A DNA stretch of 44,774 nt from Klebsormidium nitens (GCA_000708835.1 DF236998.1:1-44774); one strand, 5' to 3'. Positions 11,501-23,391 are shown, counted from the stretch's first letter. Numbers and translations: made by a program. The notes: a model not told the origin generated them from the sequence alone.

Positions 11501-13905
11501 GGCAGCGCTGAGCAGCCTAACCGCCGCGGCCGGCCGGCCGCTCGGGCTTCCTTACGGAGTTCGGACCCGGAACTGGAACGAATTGCAACCGAAGGCCGTC
11601 AAAACGACACGGAGGCGCCCTTCCGGTCCGCCTAAATCAAACCCTTGATGGGGAAACTCGGTAAGAAAGAGGAAACCAACCTTACTAACCCGTCGTCCAT
11701 ATGTTCCAACGTACAGTAGGAGAATATAAAGCAAGCCAACGCCAAAAGCTTTAGATCTTGTCCTGATCCAATCTGTTCCCACAGCCGGGACGGCAACGGC
11801 CACGGCATCTCTCTGTTGCTCCTCTACAAGGAAACCAAGACGGCTCGAATCAGACGAGGAGGGCCGTCGCTTTTCCGGCCGCGGAGCAAACAGCGGAAAA
11901 CAACACACTCCACAAGCGAACGGCATTTGTTGGACCGCGTGCGACATAGTTTGTCAGAACTTGTGCTGGGATTTCTGTGCAAAAACCTTGCATACATGTT
12001 TAATAAAACCAATCAGATCGCTGCCGTGGCTCTTCAGGCCACGGCGTCTGGTCTTCATCGCTCTAGGAATAGAAGCAACCAACGTGATGTGATTCCAGTA
12101 AGAACGAGCAAGGCCTTCGATCTTGGCTACAGCATCAAGTACGGAGTTTGTGCACAATCTGCAGAAAGACGTTCCTACGACCAGACCCAAGCATTGCCAT
12201 CCAGATAATTGGGGTGGAATACTTGGCCATCGAACTATCTCAATACTGCTGACTCCAATAGCACTGTTTGTGGTTGCAATTGACAGAAAGGCAAATGAGC
12301 AGCCTCCCTAAGTCAACACAATCGAGACAAGTAGAAGGGAAAAGACGTAAGGCTTCCTAGAAGTCAAGGGCTCTCAATAAAAAGAAGCCAAATCAGCATG
12401 CAAAGTTGAACGGAAGACCAGGCGAAGGGGCTGTCGGTGTTGCATTCACCGTAACCAATATTGGCCCGAAAAGACCATTGGCTCGACGTCATCGCCCTCA
12501 GAGTAATAGCTTGAGAGTCATGGGATTGTGACGAATGTGGCTTCTGAACAAAATTGTGGACAGCGTGTTTCAAGACTATTGTCTTACACCCAGATGAGGG
12601 TTGTCCCACAGAAGGCGATTATTTGTCTTCGGGGGATGCAGTGTCAGGCGGTCTGTGGTTAAACTGTGGGATGAAGCCCGACGTTCGTCCAGAAGCGGAG
12701 CAATAATCACAGGGAATGATCAGCGACGGAGAGCTTCGGAACTCGAGCCGGTGGAGTGGATAAGCAATCGCAGATTGTTAGCAAGACTAAGCATAGCAAG
12801 CTAAAGGCGATCACGTCCATCAAAGTGCAAATGGTCCTAATCAACCAGGGCATCATTGCCATCTGAAATGTCAAATGGAGCGCAGATTGGAACAAGCTCC
12901 AAGCACGGTTGGGAGCATGCATCTGTGGCGCCAACGAAATGAACTCCATCGGATGCACAGCAAATGAGTGGAGCGATATGGCAACAGACCCGTCGAAGGA
13001 GATCAGGATAACTGCAAGTGTTTTGGCTCAAGTGAAAGCACCACGACAGCAGGGTGCTAGATTTCAAGCCCCAAAAGCGCCTTGAAAGCAATGCGTTTAC
13101 TACGGGTTTGGCAACCCCTTTATGATTGAGCAAGAGGCTAGTCATCAGGTGGACGTGAGAATGTCGACTTGAAGATGCATGGAACGGAGGGTTTGGCAAG
13201 AGACGTCAGCATGTGGTCAGCATGCAGTCAACTCTGGTGACGTCATCACTGGTCTTCTCTGATCCCCATGGACTAGTGCTGACGTCACCGGAGTTTGCTA
13301 TGGCCATTCATAAGCCGTTGCCTGCTCGGCACGCCCATCGGACTCTGAAGCTCGCTCACTGTGGCTTTGAAAAGGCCAAGGCAGTCTGTCTTCATTGTCC
13401 TCAAACAACACTATAATTGGAACCACTCACAGGAACCGGCCAGATGGCAACGCAAGTTGGAAAGGGCCGTAGAAATAAGGAGCTTGCTGTTTCCAAGACA
13501 CGCGAAGCAGATAGGACAGCCCGCATAAGACAAGGGTTCGGCACGCAAGTCAGCTTCCGTCCTGACTCGACCTGAGAATTGATGCATTTCTTTTCAGACA
13601 ACACCAGTAAGCGAGAAAACGTGATTCGAAGTGCGACAGAATGCTGGGAAGTGACGCTCCTAGGCGGGAGCTTGATGCAAACGAATGTTTTCCGTGAATA
13701 TTATTGGAAGTCTTTGGGTGCATGTAAGGTGACTTGATTTGGTAAGGAGAGACAGAGAGTGGCTTCATAACAGTCGCCTTCAATGCAAGACTTAACGCAT
13801 CCAAGTGTAACACGCTGTAAAACGCTTAAGGGTTTTGTACCGTAAAGAGATGTCACACGTCGTTGAAAGTTTTGATCAAACGCACAACAAAGCTACTGGC
13901 GACTC

Positions 13906-14077
13906 TCAGTTTCTGCTGTGCATCCTCCCGCTCTCGGATCCAGCGAACGGGTCGATGATGGCATTGATGACGGCCGGCTTCTTTGCGGCAAACGCTTCCC
14001 GGCAGGCGGCGGCGAGCTCGGCCGGGGTCCTCACAAAGTACCCCTTGCCTCCGAAGGCCTCGATGATCTGGTCGTAT
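13906..14077 (-). CDS. HACL1: Duplicated terminal exon 13b (HACL/OCD C-terminus ...SGRMHSRN*)
   Basis: Acceptor ttatccag|ATAC; [21 protein letters not shown]...[19 protein letters not shown]; 172 nt like exon 13a. Expression unproven. Confidence 0.7.
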
Positions 14078-14530
14078 CTGGATAAAAAGAGAGGAGGAGA
14101 CTGTTTAAAAACAAGTTTATCGAGACGACGAGAGACGAGAACGCGGTGAAAATGCACTGACGGTAAAGCGTTATATAGACGTCAAGCAGACAGAGATGTT
14201 TCGGCTTGGCCCGGTGCATTAAAGAGCAATGAGCCGTGACTTGGAAGGAACAAGTATGATTGCTGCAATTTCCTATCTGACCTTTTTTCCCCGAGAAATC
14301 TGACAATCATCAGCCAGGCACCGGTTACCAACCAAAACAGCGCGAACGTCAGGAAGCACAGCGTTAAGCCTTGAAACGTCAACGGTATCGAGGCATCAGC
14401 CTCCAGATCTCCCAACTTTGGGCACTATCCTGGATCCCCAACTTCGAAGTAGCCGCTCTGTCCGTGTGAGCTTAAGGATACGAGAGACTGCCGAAGCAAG
14501 CGGCATAGCGTAAACGGAATACGTCCGTAC

Positions 14531-14673
14531 CTTGCTTCGGACACAAAGTCGGTGGGGGCCGGGTCGGACGCATACGGACCGCCGAGCTCCGCGTCCTCCC
14601 GGCGGACGCCGCCATAGATGCCGCTGTTGTTGAACACAATCACGACGAACGGTAGGTTGTACCGGACAAGCAC
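14531..14673 (-). CDS. HACL1: Duplicated exon 12b (ThDP/Mg-binding NN segment)
   Basis: cag|GTGCTT..AAG|gtacgg; [48 protein letters not shown]; 143 nt. Confidence 0.7.
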
Positions 14674-15057
14674 CTGCAACATGCGAACGTCCAGATTTTG
14701 ATTGCGAAATCAAAACAAAACTTGCGTGGGGGATTCATGGGAAGAAGTTGGAGACAGCCGTACATACAGCAGGTTACAAAGATGCGGAATGAACACTGAG
14801 CTTCGAATGGCGCAGAAGCCAAAAATCTTATGCTTTCCGCCTGGCTAGTCGCTTGCAACATGCAATTCCGGAGTCTTTTGAGAATGTTTTGAACACCCAA
14901 TTGAGTGTTGCGTTTGCGTGAGAGGCGTTCGAAACAGCGTCTCAAGAATGCGCACTCCGCGCATTGCAACAATGGGAAACGAACACCTAGCGTCGGGGGG
15001 ACCAGAGGCCGAGGACTCGATGTATGGGCCTGGGCTTTGCAGACCAGGACTCGCTGG

Positions 15058-15360
15058 ATGCCGAAAGCGGGGTCGACTTCGACGGCCGCCACAAACCGTT
15101 TTCCGTCCTTCCTCGGAAAATCATACCCAACAAACTTGGAAACTGACTATGATGAGCTTTTTGTTGCCTCAATCTCAACGGCATTGATAGCGAAGTTCCC
15201 CTCTTTGGCGACCACCCGGCGTTTTCCGTCCTCTTACAACAGTCCTACAGTTTTTGGCTGCTTAGCCAACGATTTTAAAACGGGTTAGGAGAATTTTACC
15301 TCAAACGCAACGACGCGAAACTTAAACGCAGGAATTCCCTCAACAACGACTACGACTTGA
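15058..15360 (-). pseudogene. Decayed copies of the 3' half of exon 11 in intron 11b
   Basis: 15058-15112 reads DGKRFVAAVEVDPAFG; 15166-15230 reads [21 protein letters not shown]; 15300-15359 reads [19 protein letters not shown]|gtaaaa. Compare exon 11 [23 protein letters not shown]|gt. Confidence 0.75.
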
Positions 15361-15411
15361 CGCGGGGTTAATACCACCAGAGCTGGTTACGAACGAAGGG
15401 TTTGTTTTTAC

Positions 15412-15645
15412 CTCGACTTCAACCGCGCTAAACCCGACCGCGGAGTCCCCCTCGACGGCAACCACGAGTCGCTTCCCGTCGTTGACAACCGCGGCCGCAA
15501 TCGCGTACCCCATGCCCACGCCCATGGTTATACCCCACGTGCCAGCGTCGAGGCGCGTACGCGGCTCTTCCTGGTTGAGAACCGTCCGGCCGACGTCCAT
15601 CGTATTGGCGCCCTCGGAAACCAGGATCGGGTGGGGGCCTTCAAC
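15412..15645 (-). CDS. HACL1: Duplicated exon 11b (GDS ThDP motif), with one extra codon
   Basis: ccag|GTTGAA..GAG|gtaaaa; [20 protein letters not shown]...[13 protein letters not shown]...[13 protein letters not shown]; 234 nt vs 231 nt in copy a. Confidence 0.7.
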
Positions 15646-15752
15646 CTGGAGAGTTGCACAGAGGGTTAGTAACGTTTGTGGCCTTCAACCGATCATGCTT
15701 TACAAAGAAGTTAAAGAATTTTGAAGTAGTGTCAAGAGTCCACAGCTTCGGT

Positions 15753-16630
15753 CTAGTTCAGTAGCGTCCGGCCGACGTCCAGCATGTCGGCACCCTCGGA
15801 AACCAGGATCGGGTGGGGGTTCTGCACCTGAGACAAAGAAGAGATTAGAAGAGGGGTAAAGGAAAAAAGTTGGCGGTACCGGGATAGAAGAGGGCGTCAA
15901 GGCGCGTACGCGGCTCTTCCTGGTTCAGCAGTGTCCGGCCAACGTCCATTGTATTGGCGCCCTCGGACACCAGTATTGGGTGGGGGCCCTCCACCCAAAC
16001 AGAAAGGGGTTTTAAAAAGGGGTTAGGATTGGTTTGCACAAGCCGGGGCTTGAAGAGGAAGTCGAGGCGCGTGCGCGGCTCTTCCTGGTTGAGCACCGTC
16101 CGGCCGACGTCCATCTTATTAGCGCCCTCGGAAACCAGATTTGGGTGAGGGCCCTCCACCTGAATGAAAGTAGGGCTAAGAATTGGTTTTGGACCTGTGG
16201 GGTTCGACAGAGCGTTGGTGATATTTAAGGTCGGGTTAAGTTGTGGTTTCACAGTACGTTCTGTTTGAGTACCGTCCGACCGACGTGCATCGTGTTGGCG
16301 TTCTTCCGAGACCAAGATCGGGTGAGGGGCCTCATCCTGAGAAAACTGGTCGAGAAAAGGAGGTCAAGGTAGCTGAAAAGAACGAAGCTTACAGAGGGCG
16401 CCTGAGCTGCATACGCTGCTCTTCCTGGTTGAGCACGGTCCGGCCGAGGTCCATTGTACTCGCGCCTTCGGAAGCTAGGATCGGGGGTCCTTTGACCTAC
16501 GGTTTAACAAGGGCTAACTCAAACCCTGAGTCGAGTCAAAGGTTCATAGCGCGCATTCTTAACCCACTCTTACCCCACTCTTCTTTCCACCTTGGCGAGC
16601 TTGTCCCGCACGACCCGCATGCTGTACTGA
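15753..16630 (-). pseudogene. Stutter array in intron 10b: five copies of acceptor + 5' part of exon 11, and one copy of the exon 10 end + donor
   Basis: Copies start at 15827 ([24 protein letters not shown]), 15994 (acceptor lost), 16159, 16336 (frameshift) and 16496 (VKGPPILASEGASTMDLGR). 16591-16629 reads YSMRVVRDKLAK|gt. Confidence 0.85.
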
Positions 16631-16753
16631 CTTTACATCACGGTTTTGCAAGCGCCCACTTACTGGGCAAGTCACAACCCAACCCCGGTAGACAAATTGA
16701 AGTTAAAAGCCCCATCGCATTGAAACCCATCTCACAACCCGTTCCTAACCCAC

Positions 16754-17011
16754 CTTGGCCAGCTCGTCCCGCACGACCCGCATGCTGCACTGGAAGTTCA
16801 TCGGCACCACGTCCTTCGCCAGCGATTCCGCCAGCTTCATTCCGTTCGCTTCCGCTTTCTCGCGGAGCTTGGCCACCCAGGGGTGGTCTTTCCCAAGCGA
16901 GAACGGTTCGTCCTTGATGGCGACGTTGATCTGCTCGAGGACAGCGTTGGCGTCGCCGAGAAGGGGCACGGCGGGCTTGCGCAGCTTGAGCTCGTCCTCC
17001 GAAATGTCAAT
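16754..17011 (-). CDS. HACL1: Duplicated exon 10b
   Basis: tgcag|ATTGAC..AAG|gtgggt; [21 protein letters not shown]...[11 protein letters not shown]; 258 nt; 12 differences from 10a, 10 of them synonymous. Confidence 0.7.
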
Positions 17012-17374
17012 CTGCATAAGAGAATTGTTTTGTTCTGACAGTCTCTTACTTTTCTGCTCCGGCAATGTGCTTTATTGGTTGTGGAACGGAACCGCCAAAG
17101 TTCTGACTTACTCACAAAACTTCGACGGGTTAGGAGATTCGGGAAATAAACAGCCAGGCTACAGAAATTTGTCTTTGCAAACTGTGAAAACAATCAGAAA
17201 TCAGAGAGAGGCGACGTTGCATTGCCGCTTCAGTGTCCAACCAAACCACCAATTGTACAATCGACATCTTTGCGAAGTCAGCAATCACAACATGGAAGTC
17301 AGAGGAAGGTCCTTGACGATTCTTAGTCTCTTCCTCCGAAAAAAGAAAAGCTGAGTGTGATCTAAGGGTATTGC

Positions 17375-20300
17375 AGAGGGCCTTCAGAACATCAGGACTG
17401 GATGGCCAAGGGTGACCACGCATGTCGTCTTCATTGCCCTTCAACAAAAAGCCATCAGCTTCAGAAGCAAAAGCGGTAACCCTTCTTTGCGGGGCCAAGA
17501 CCGCAGGCGACGAGTGCACGTGCGCTTAGCGGCAGCTATTCAAGGACATATGAGACCTGAAATGACTTCGAAAGCCGTCCAGCATAGAGCAAAAACAGAA
17601 GAAAACCTGTGAACTGCGGTTTTGTGGAGGTTCAGTTTGCAAATCACTTGAATTGCTCGTTTCAAGATTAACAACCGAGCGACCAGAACCCAGATACTAG
17701 AATTGCAGATTCCAACGTGCTTCGTTGCGTGCAAGGGCAATCACAAAGTCGGAGTTCCTGGCCACGCACAATGACCGTCATCATCGCCCACGACAAAAAG
17801 CGTATCAGAGGTTACCAGGAAAGGAAGGGTCCACCAGCGAAGACGTTGCCCATATTCAAGCAAGAGAGGTGGACAATCTGCACTTGCCGATGCGGGGCGA
17901 ACTAGCGTCAAAATTCAAGTGAAGAACTTAAGCACCGGACCATGGTGTCCCGCACACTTTCCAGAACGTGAGTGGGTGACGCCATCGGGACCAAGTACCG
18001 TTCACCAGTTGAGACTAGTCAAATGATGACACGGCAAGGATGCCGGACTTGCAGTCTTTACATGCTGCAGTGCTGCGCTCACTAGATCTCAATGCAGGAC
18101 GTCAAGAGTCAGCTAGATACGTAAGCTTTGTGATTTCTGCTGCCGCGTATTTCGGCGTATTAAGTCACGGGCTCCCGGTTCAAAACTTTGAAAACTGGCC
18201 CAGACGGCCATGGTGGTGAGTCGTCCTCGCCCGTCATGTTTTACAACATCCAAAGATAGCAGCAAGAGTTCTCCTGCTTTGGGGACCAACATTCAGCAGC
18301 TCTTAGCAGATTGACGACGACGGACTGGACCATGCGTCAGATGGGCGAGCAAAAGGCAGAAGAACGATTTGCATGTTACCAAAAGCTTGCTAAAAATATG
18401 AAGAGGAGGCGGCAATACGGTAGGAAGAAGATTTAATGAGACGCTGTCACGATGGTTCCGAGGTTCTTTAGATTATTCGCGGGACACAGTTTCAGAATGA
18501 TTTGACAGGCGATCCGATTTGGGAAAATGGCCCCTAAGGGGCCAGGAATTTATTTATTATCGCTCTCAAAATCAGCAAAGTGAGTGTCGAACCTGATTCG
18601 GTTCTCAACGAAACTCTCTAAGCAGACGGCTTCAGTCCAACTGTTTTCAAAAACCAGGAAAATCAAACTCCCCGGACATGTACAGCCAGGCGCGATGGGA
18701 TTCGTCCTTCGGCTGCAATCGCAATGAGATCTAGAACACTGTACTGCCGTTTCGCTAGTCAAGCTAAGCACCAGTTGTTCACAGGACAACGCGGCTTGTC
18801 TGTAAGCACAGCGAAAAAAGAGAGATCAAACTTCCTTCGAAGTCGAAGAGATAATCTATCCCTTTGATTCTGTACACACTGGAAGGTGAATAGTAATCCA
18901 CGGCTGCAGAGGGCATTCAGAACGGTTACACAAAGCCGGCGTGCAGCGGCCAAGATTAACCCCGCACGTCATCTCTCACTGCCCCCTATACACAATCCTG
19001 TCAGCTTCAGAAGTGGCATGCTTCTACTTTAGGCCAGCACTCGAGGCCAAAAACGTGTGTGCCGCTAGCGGCAGCTATCTGCTGTACTGTACATGAGGGG
19101 ATCATACAACCGATTCACAAAAGTGTCATGTAGGCACTGAAAAATTACACAACCTACGGTTTGCGGTCTAATGTATGTTTTGACTGTAAAATACACAGGA
19201 TTCGACGTCCCCGGTGAAGAGAAGAAAGCGGGCAGAAAATAGGGGAGGCCAGTATGCTAACACGTCATCATCGCCCATGTGAAGAAAACCCGATAAGGTT
19301 CTCAAATAGGTGGGGTAAGACAGCGAGGGTAGTTGACGATATCAAGCAAGCAAGTAAACAGTCGCCAACTGACAGGTAGACTAGTTTCACAAATCACCTT
19401 GTAAGCACATGTGCTAGCGCTGACCATCGCGCCGACAAGCGTTTTTTTCAGGTCGACGTCCGTGGTATTTGATGCTCGTCACCTTATCAAACTACGCAAG
19501 ACATATATAGGCAAGGAGGCAGCAACCATGAGGTTATCGCATGCTGCATTCCTGCAAATCCTGGAGACTAAGCATCACGCTCCAAGTCGGCTCGCTTCCT
19601 ACGGTATGCTTGACAACATAGTCCGCAAGATGACTCACAGGCTGTCCGGGATCGTCCACCTATGGCCCAAGACGGCCATGGCGGCAAGTCGTCCTCGCCT
19701 GTCAGCTTACGACTTCCAAAAATAGCAGCAGGCAACGCCCTTGTTAGGGCCTCAATATTCAGCAACGAAGCAGCAAGGACGGACTGGAGCAGGTGCCAAA
19801 TAGACGAGCAAAGGCCGCACGGTCAATTCTGCAAGCCGGCAGATGCTCGCTTAGGAGTTCAACAGGAGGAAGTAAAAAGCAAACCGGACAAGAACCTGCA
19901 CGGCCCTAAAACCCTAAAACCCGAAGAAAAGTTGTTTTTCCGGAATCTGGCGAGATCAATCTCAATTGGTCGTTCGAAATTTAGGCATCCGAAAAGCTGA
20001 ATGGCCCCTCAAGAGCCAGGAGCTTTGACGTCATCGCCCTCAGAAGCTTGCAAAGGGGCCCTCGATGCTGTTTCCCAGCATGTGAAGCGTCAAACACACT
20101 TGCTAACCTGCCATGACTAGGATACTAACTGCCAGACCGGACTGGAGTCCTGAGTCGGAACATGCTGAAACATCCTACTTTTGAACCGTCCACAATGCGA
20201 CCTCTAAAATTTAGCAAAAGACGTGGCGGCAACCGGACACCGATGATGGTGAGTACAGACACCGATGCTGACGTCATGCGACTCCTAAGGCTTGCGAAAA

Positions 20301-22906
20301 TTCTGACATCGGCCACTGTAATCGACCATGACAGCATCTTAGGGGAACAGACAGCATGTTAGCGTTCCCCTTCCATAAAGAAGAATCAGCAACAGTACCA
20401 TGTCTACTGCCAATATGTAACAACCAATCCAAGTCAGCAGCAAGCCCGCTAAAAAGCAGCTTTGAGGACGGCAATGGTTCATGCTTCTTCAGGCGTTGAA
20501 TACTTTATCGAAGCTCGGCCGCTCCGGACTAGGGGGCGAAGACCATCGTAGCCCTTGATAGAAAAGCCAGCTTGACTTGACGACACGTCGGCCCTCCTTG
20601 GCAGAATTACGCAGGCGCTTTTGTAATTTCAATCGCTTGTCAGAGTCGGCACTGTTGCGGCAAACGTGAAAGAGAGTGAGAAAACTCCATGATCTGATCC
20701 AATCTGGACGTCGTCTTCTGCAGATGTAAGAACATCGTCTTTCGCTGGGTCCGAAACATCGCTTGTCGGCGAGTCAGTTGCCTCCTATCCTCGTGTCAAA
20801 GTTGTCGATTCAGCAGCACTTGAAAAAGCACAGAAAGGCAGGCATGCACGCGGACAAGATCTCCACATAACTCAAATACACCTCGCTGGAAGAAAAAGTA
20901 AGGATGTGATTGCGGAGACAGCTGTCCCTAATGCATACGAAGCGGGGAGCGGGGCCGAACTCGTTTCTGAAGGAACGGGGCAGGCTTTGAAACGTCGCCC
21001 GTTTCCCTATGCCACGTCAGGTTGCTTTTCAAGGGCAGTCTGGTGGTACCTTTTCTGCTTTAGGCCCTGACGGCCCACTAAGACGGTTGCATCCTCGCCC
21101 TTACCAGCATAATTCTGGGCGTGCCTCTACTGTTTCCTTAGAGATGAGCAACTGTGTAGGTTTCGAGCCCGCTTGTGACGTGCTGGTTTGAGAGACCGGC
21201 CAAGTGATGTCAACCAGGGAACATTGAATAACCGAATGAAGGAACCCCGACAACAAAGAAATAGAGGATGATAACTAGAGTAAGCTCCAGAGAAGGACAG
21301 TGAGTATCGCTGCGACGTGCGCTTTCACGTGCAATAAAGCGTCATCAGCAAAGACTTTTACAAACGAACTAACAAGCCAGCAAGACGAAGGGGGTGGGAC
21401 GCGCCCTTCTCTTGCACTAGTGCAGCAATCCGCTTTGCGAAAAATAGTACATAAGTTCCAATTACTTGGTGATCAATAGTCTGCGAGTGTTCCACCAACC
21501 TACCGGCTCTTTCGAAGTCGTTCTTTAGAGGGCAATCGAGCCGATCCGCAAATGCTTGTGCCCTTGAAGGCGGTGGCGGCTTCTCATCATCGCCAAAGGG
21601 TGTCCCCTGATAGTGTTGACAGCGCCAGCAGGGAGCGCTTGCTTCTGGCGCGTAGAACAGGGCAAACGCACAACGCGTCCAGCGACAACCAGGATAACCT
21701 TCAGCATCGCAAGAAGCCAATTCTGGTCAGCCAACCTCCACATTTGACGAGAGAGTGACGTGGCAATCAGACCCACCAAACACGTAGCCCTGCTGGGCCA
21801 AAAGCGCTGGTCATCATGACCTCCGAACAAAGACCGGCACCTCGCACCAGATGAGCAACGGGCGAGGCGAGCCAGGACAAAGAACAAGGAAGCAGAGCCA
21901 GGGTGCGATGTTGTTGAAGAAGTATATCAGATCTCGACGGGGCTCTGACTATGCTCCGAGTGACCTGGGCTTGAAGTGGCCGTGCCAGCTTGTCATCACT
22001 GCCTCACAGAACGGCTTGTCATAAACTTCAAAAGACCGGCAGATTGCACAAGAGCAACACTCAGGCATTCCGGCTTGCATTGTGGCGTGGCCCAGAGTGA
22101 CCAGAGACATAATGTCATTGCCTGAAACCCGAGCGTGAATGCTTGATATGTGGGACCAGACTCTTCGACTTTTCCACCGTAATGGGAATCACAACATGTC
22201 GCGCGTCAAGCAGCGATACTGAAAATGCACAAATGACCGATTAAGACGGAGCTAGAATGACAATTTTGCATGCTGTTCCAGAGTAATAGTGAACCCCTAG
22301 CCCTTGGGCGTCCTAGGATGACGCGAAAGAAGGGTCAAACAACGACCGCGTCTCCTACATTACCGTCCAAAGAAGAGTGGCGTTTGAGAGCAGTAGCGGA
22401 TGAGTGATAAGAGGACTGTTGGAGCCGTCATTGAAATCCAGCGGGCACTTTAGCCATCCATCTCAAACGGAGATTTCAAGTCCGGACATCGACAGACAAG
22501 GGCAATCAAAGAGTAGGTAGTTGGGTTGGGAATCCCAAAATCAACTTCTCATCATGGCCCCAACGACTGGACAGTGTTTTTCAAACAAAGCGGTCCATCA
22601 GCGAGGCAAATTTTGCACTTGCACGGCAGAGACAGTCACCTCTAGATCACGCGCGTTCTAACGTTTCCATGGCGGTCACATATTTTCTCCAATCGCAAGG
22701 GCGAACTCTAGGCCACATATCGGAGAGGCAAAGGAAAGGTGCGGCAAGACAGCGCGAACGTCGAGATTCCCGTACCACAAACAACATCGATTTTGAAGTG
22801 TTAGCCAGCATCCACAATCACATAAGCAAAAACCTGATATGGAGGGCAATCTGGTTCTGAGCACAGCATTGGCCTTGAGAGGCCGCAGCGTAGGTCTTCA
22901 TTGCTC
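17375..22906 (-). ncRNA. Array of box C/D-like units in intron 9b
   Basis: 3' arms on the + strand (GTCATCATYGCC-like) at about 17427, 17777, 18220, 18553, 18968, 19264, 19688, 20027, 21089, 21583, 21810, 21992, 22548 and 22894. Most have a GGCAATC-like arm 55-75 nt upstream. Confidence 0.55.
21761..21822 (-). ncRNA. Box C/D-like unit with canonical C and D boxes
   Basis: ggtc-ATGATGA-ccagcgcttttggcccagcagggctacgtgtttggtgggt-CTGA-ttgcca. Confidence 0.55.
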
Positions 22907-23391
22907 GCAAACGACTGAGGAATCTGCCAACTTCCTAATTCCTATGCAGAAACGGACACGAAATCTCCCTTGCACAGAAGAGGAAGGAACTGAGAGTGCA
23001 CTGTGGCTCTGATCACGACTCATCTTTCGACAAACGACGAGTCGCGAAGGACTTTTGTGATACCAGCTTTACGAACAAGAGACACGCTGATCGTTCCCAA
23101 GGCTGCTGGCAACGTTGGACATCGTTCAGCAGCGACAGGCCGTACAGTGACTAGTCGCAGCGGAATCAGACGACGAAGAGCAGTCACGACAAGCCGCAAT
23201 TCCTTGTAGAAGCCCAAAGACTGCCAAAATGAAATGCCCAAAACCTGCATTTACGGCACTATCCGACACTATCCCACAGTCCAACCCAATGATTGGCAGG
23301 ATAGTCGATGGCCGAATTCTGGGCCTATGATGATCCAGAAAGCAGGTCTGTGAGCGACGTGACGTCGGTGTGACGCCACACGGCACCTCAC

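Larger units (their letters stand above)
2630..12861 (-). ncRNA. Cluster of degenerate box C/D-like units downstream of the gene (about 15 recognisable)
   Basis: Units near 2630-2700, 3398-3464, 3847-3921, 4310-4372, 6551-6623, 7341-7409, 7850-7918, 8339-8402, 8727-8790, 9137-9199, 10352-10421, 11375-11442, 12009-12063, 12425-12497, 12805-12861. The + strand pattern is GGCAATCA..TGGCC(n)GGCCA..GTCATCATTGCC. Confidence 0.45.

Noticed and set aside
11770-11870. Possible further decayed exon 11 copy (QRDAVAVAVPAVG)
   Set aside because: Similarity is too weak to distinguish from chance.
16580-16629. AAG GTG GAA after the exon 10 end copy as a spliced (retro-derived) exon10-11 junction
   Set aside because: Similarity stops after two codons and is explained by the GTGG donor sequence.
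16243-16917. + strand ORFs overlapping the exons (also 16755-17354, 36028-36432, 41322-41756)
   Set aside because: Antisense shadows of GC-rich coding exons.
21771-21783. Pre-D segment TTGGTGGGT as a guide to the LSU rRNA ACCCACUAA stretch
   Set aside because: Only about 9 bp including a G-U pair, against an rRNA sequence recalled from memory, and not conserved in the paralog at 33257. Too weak.
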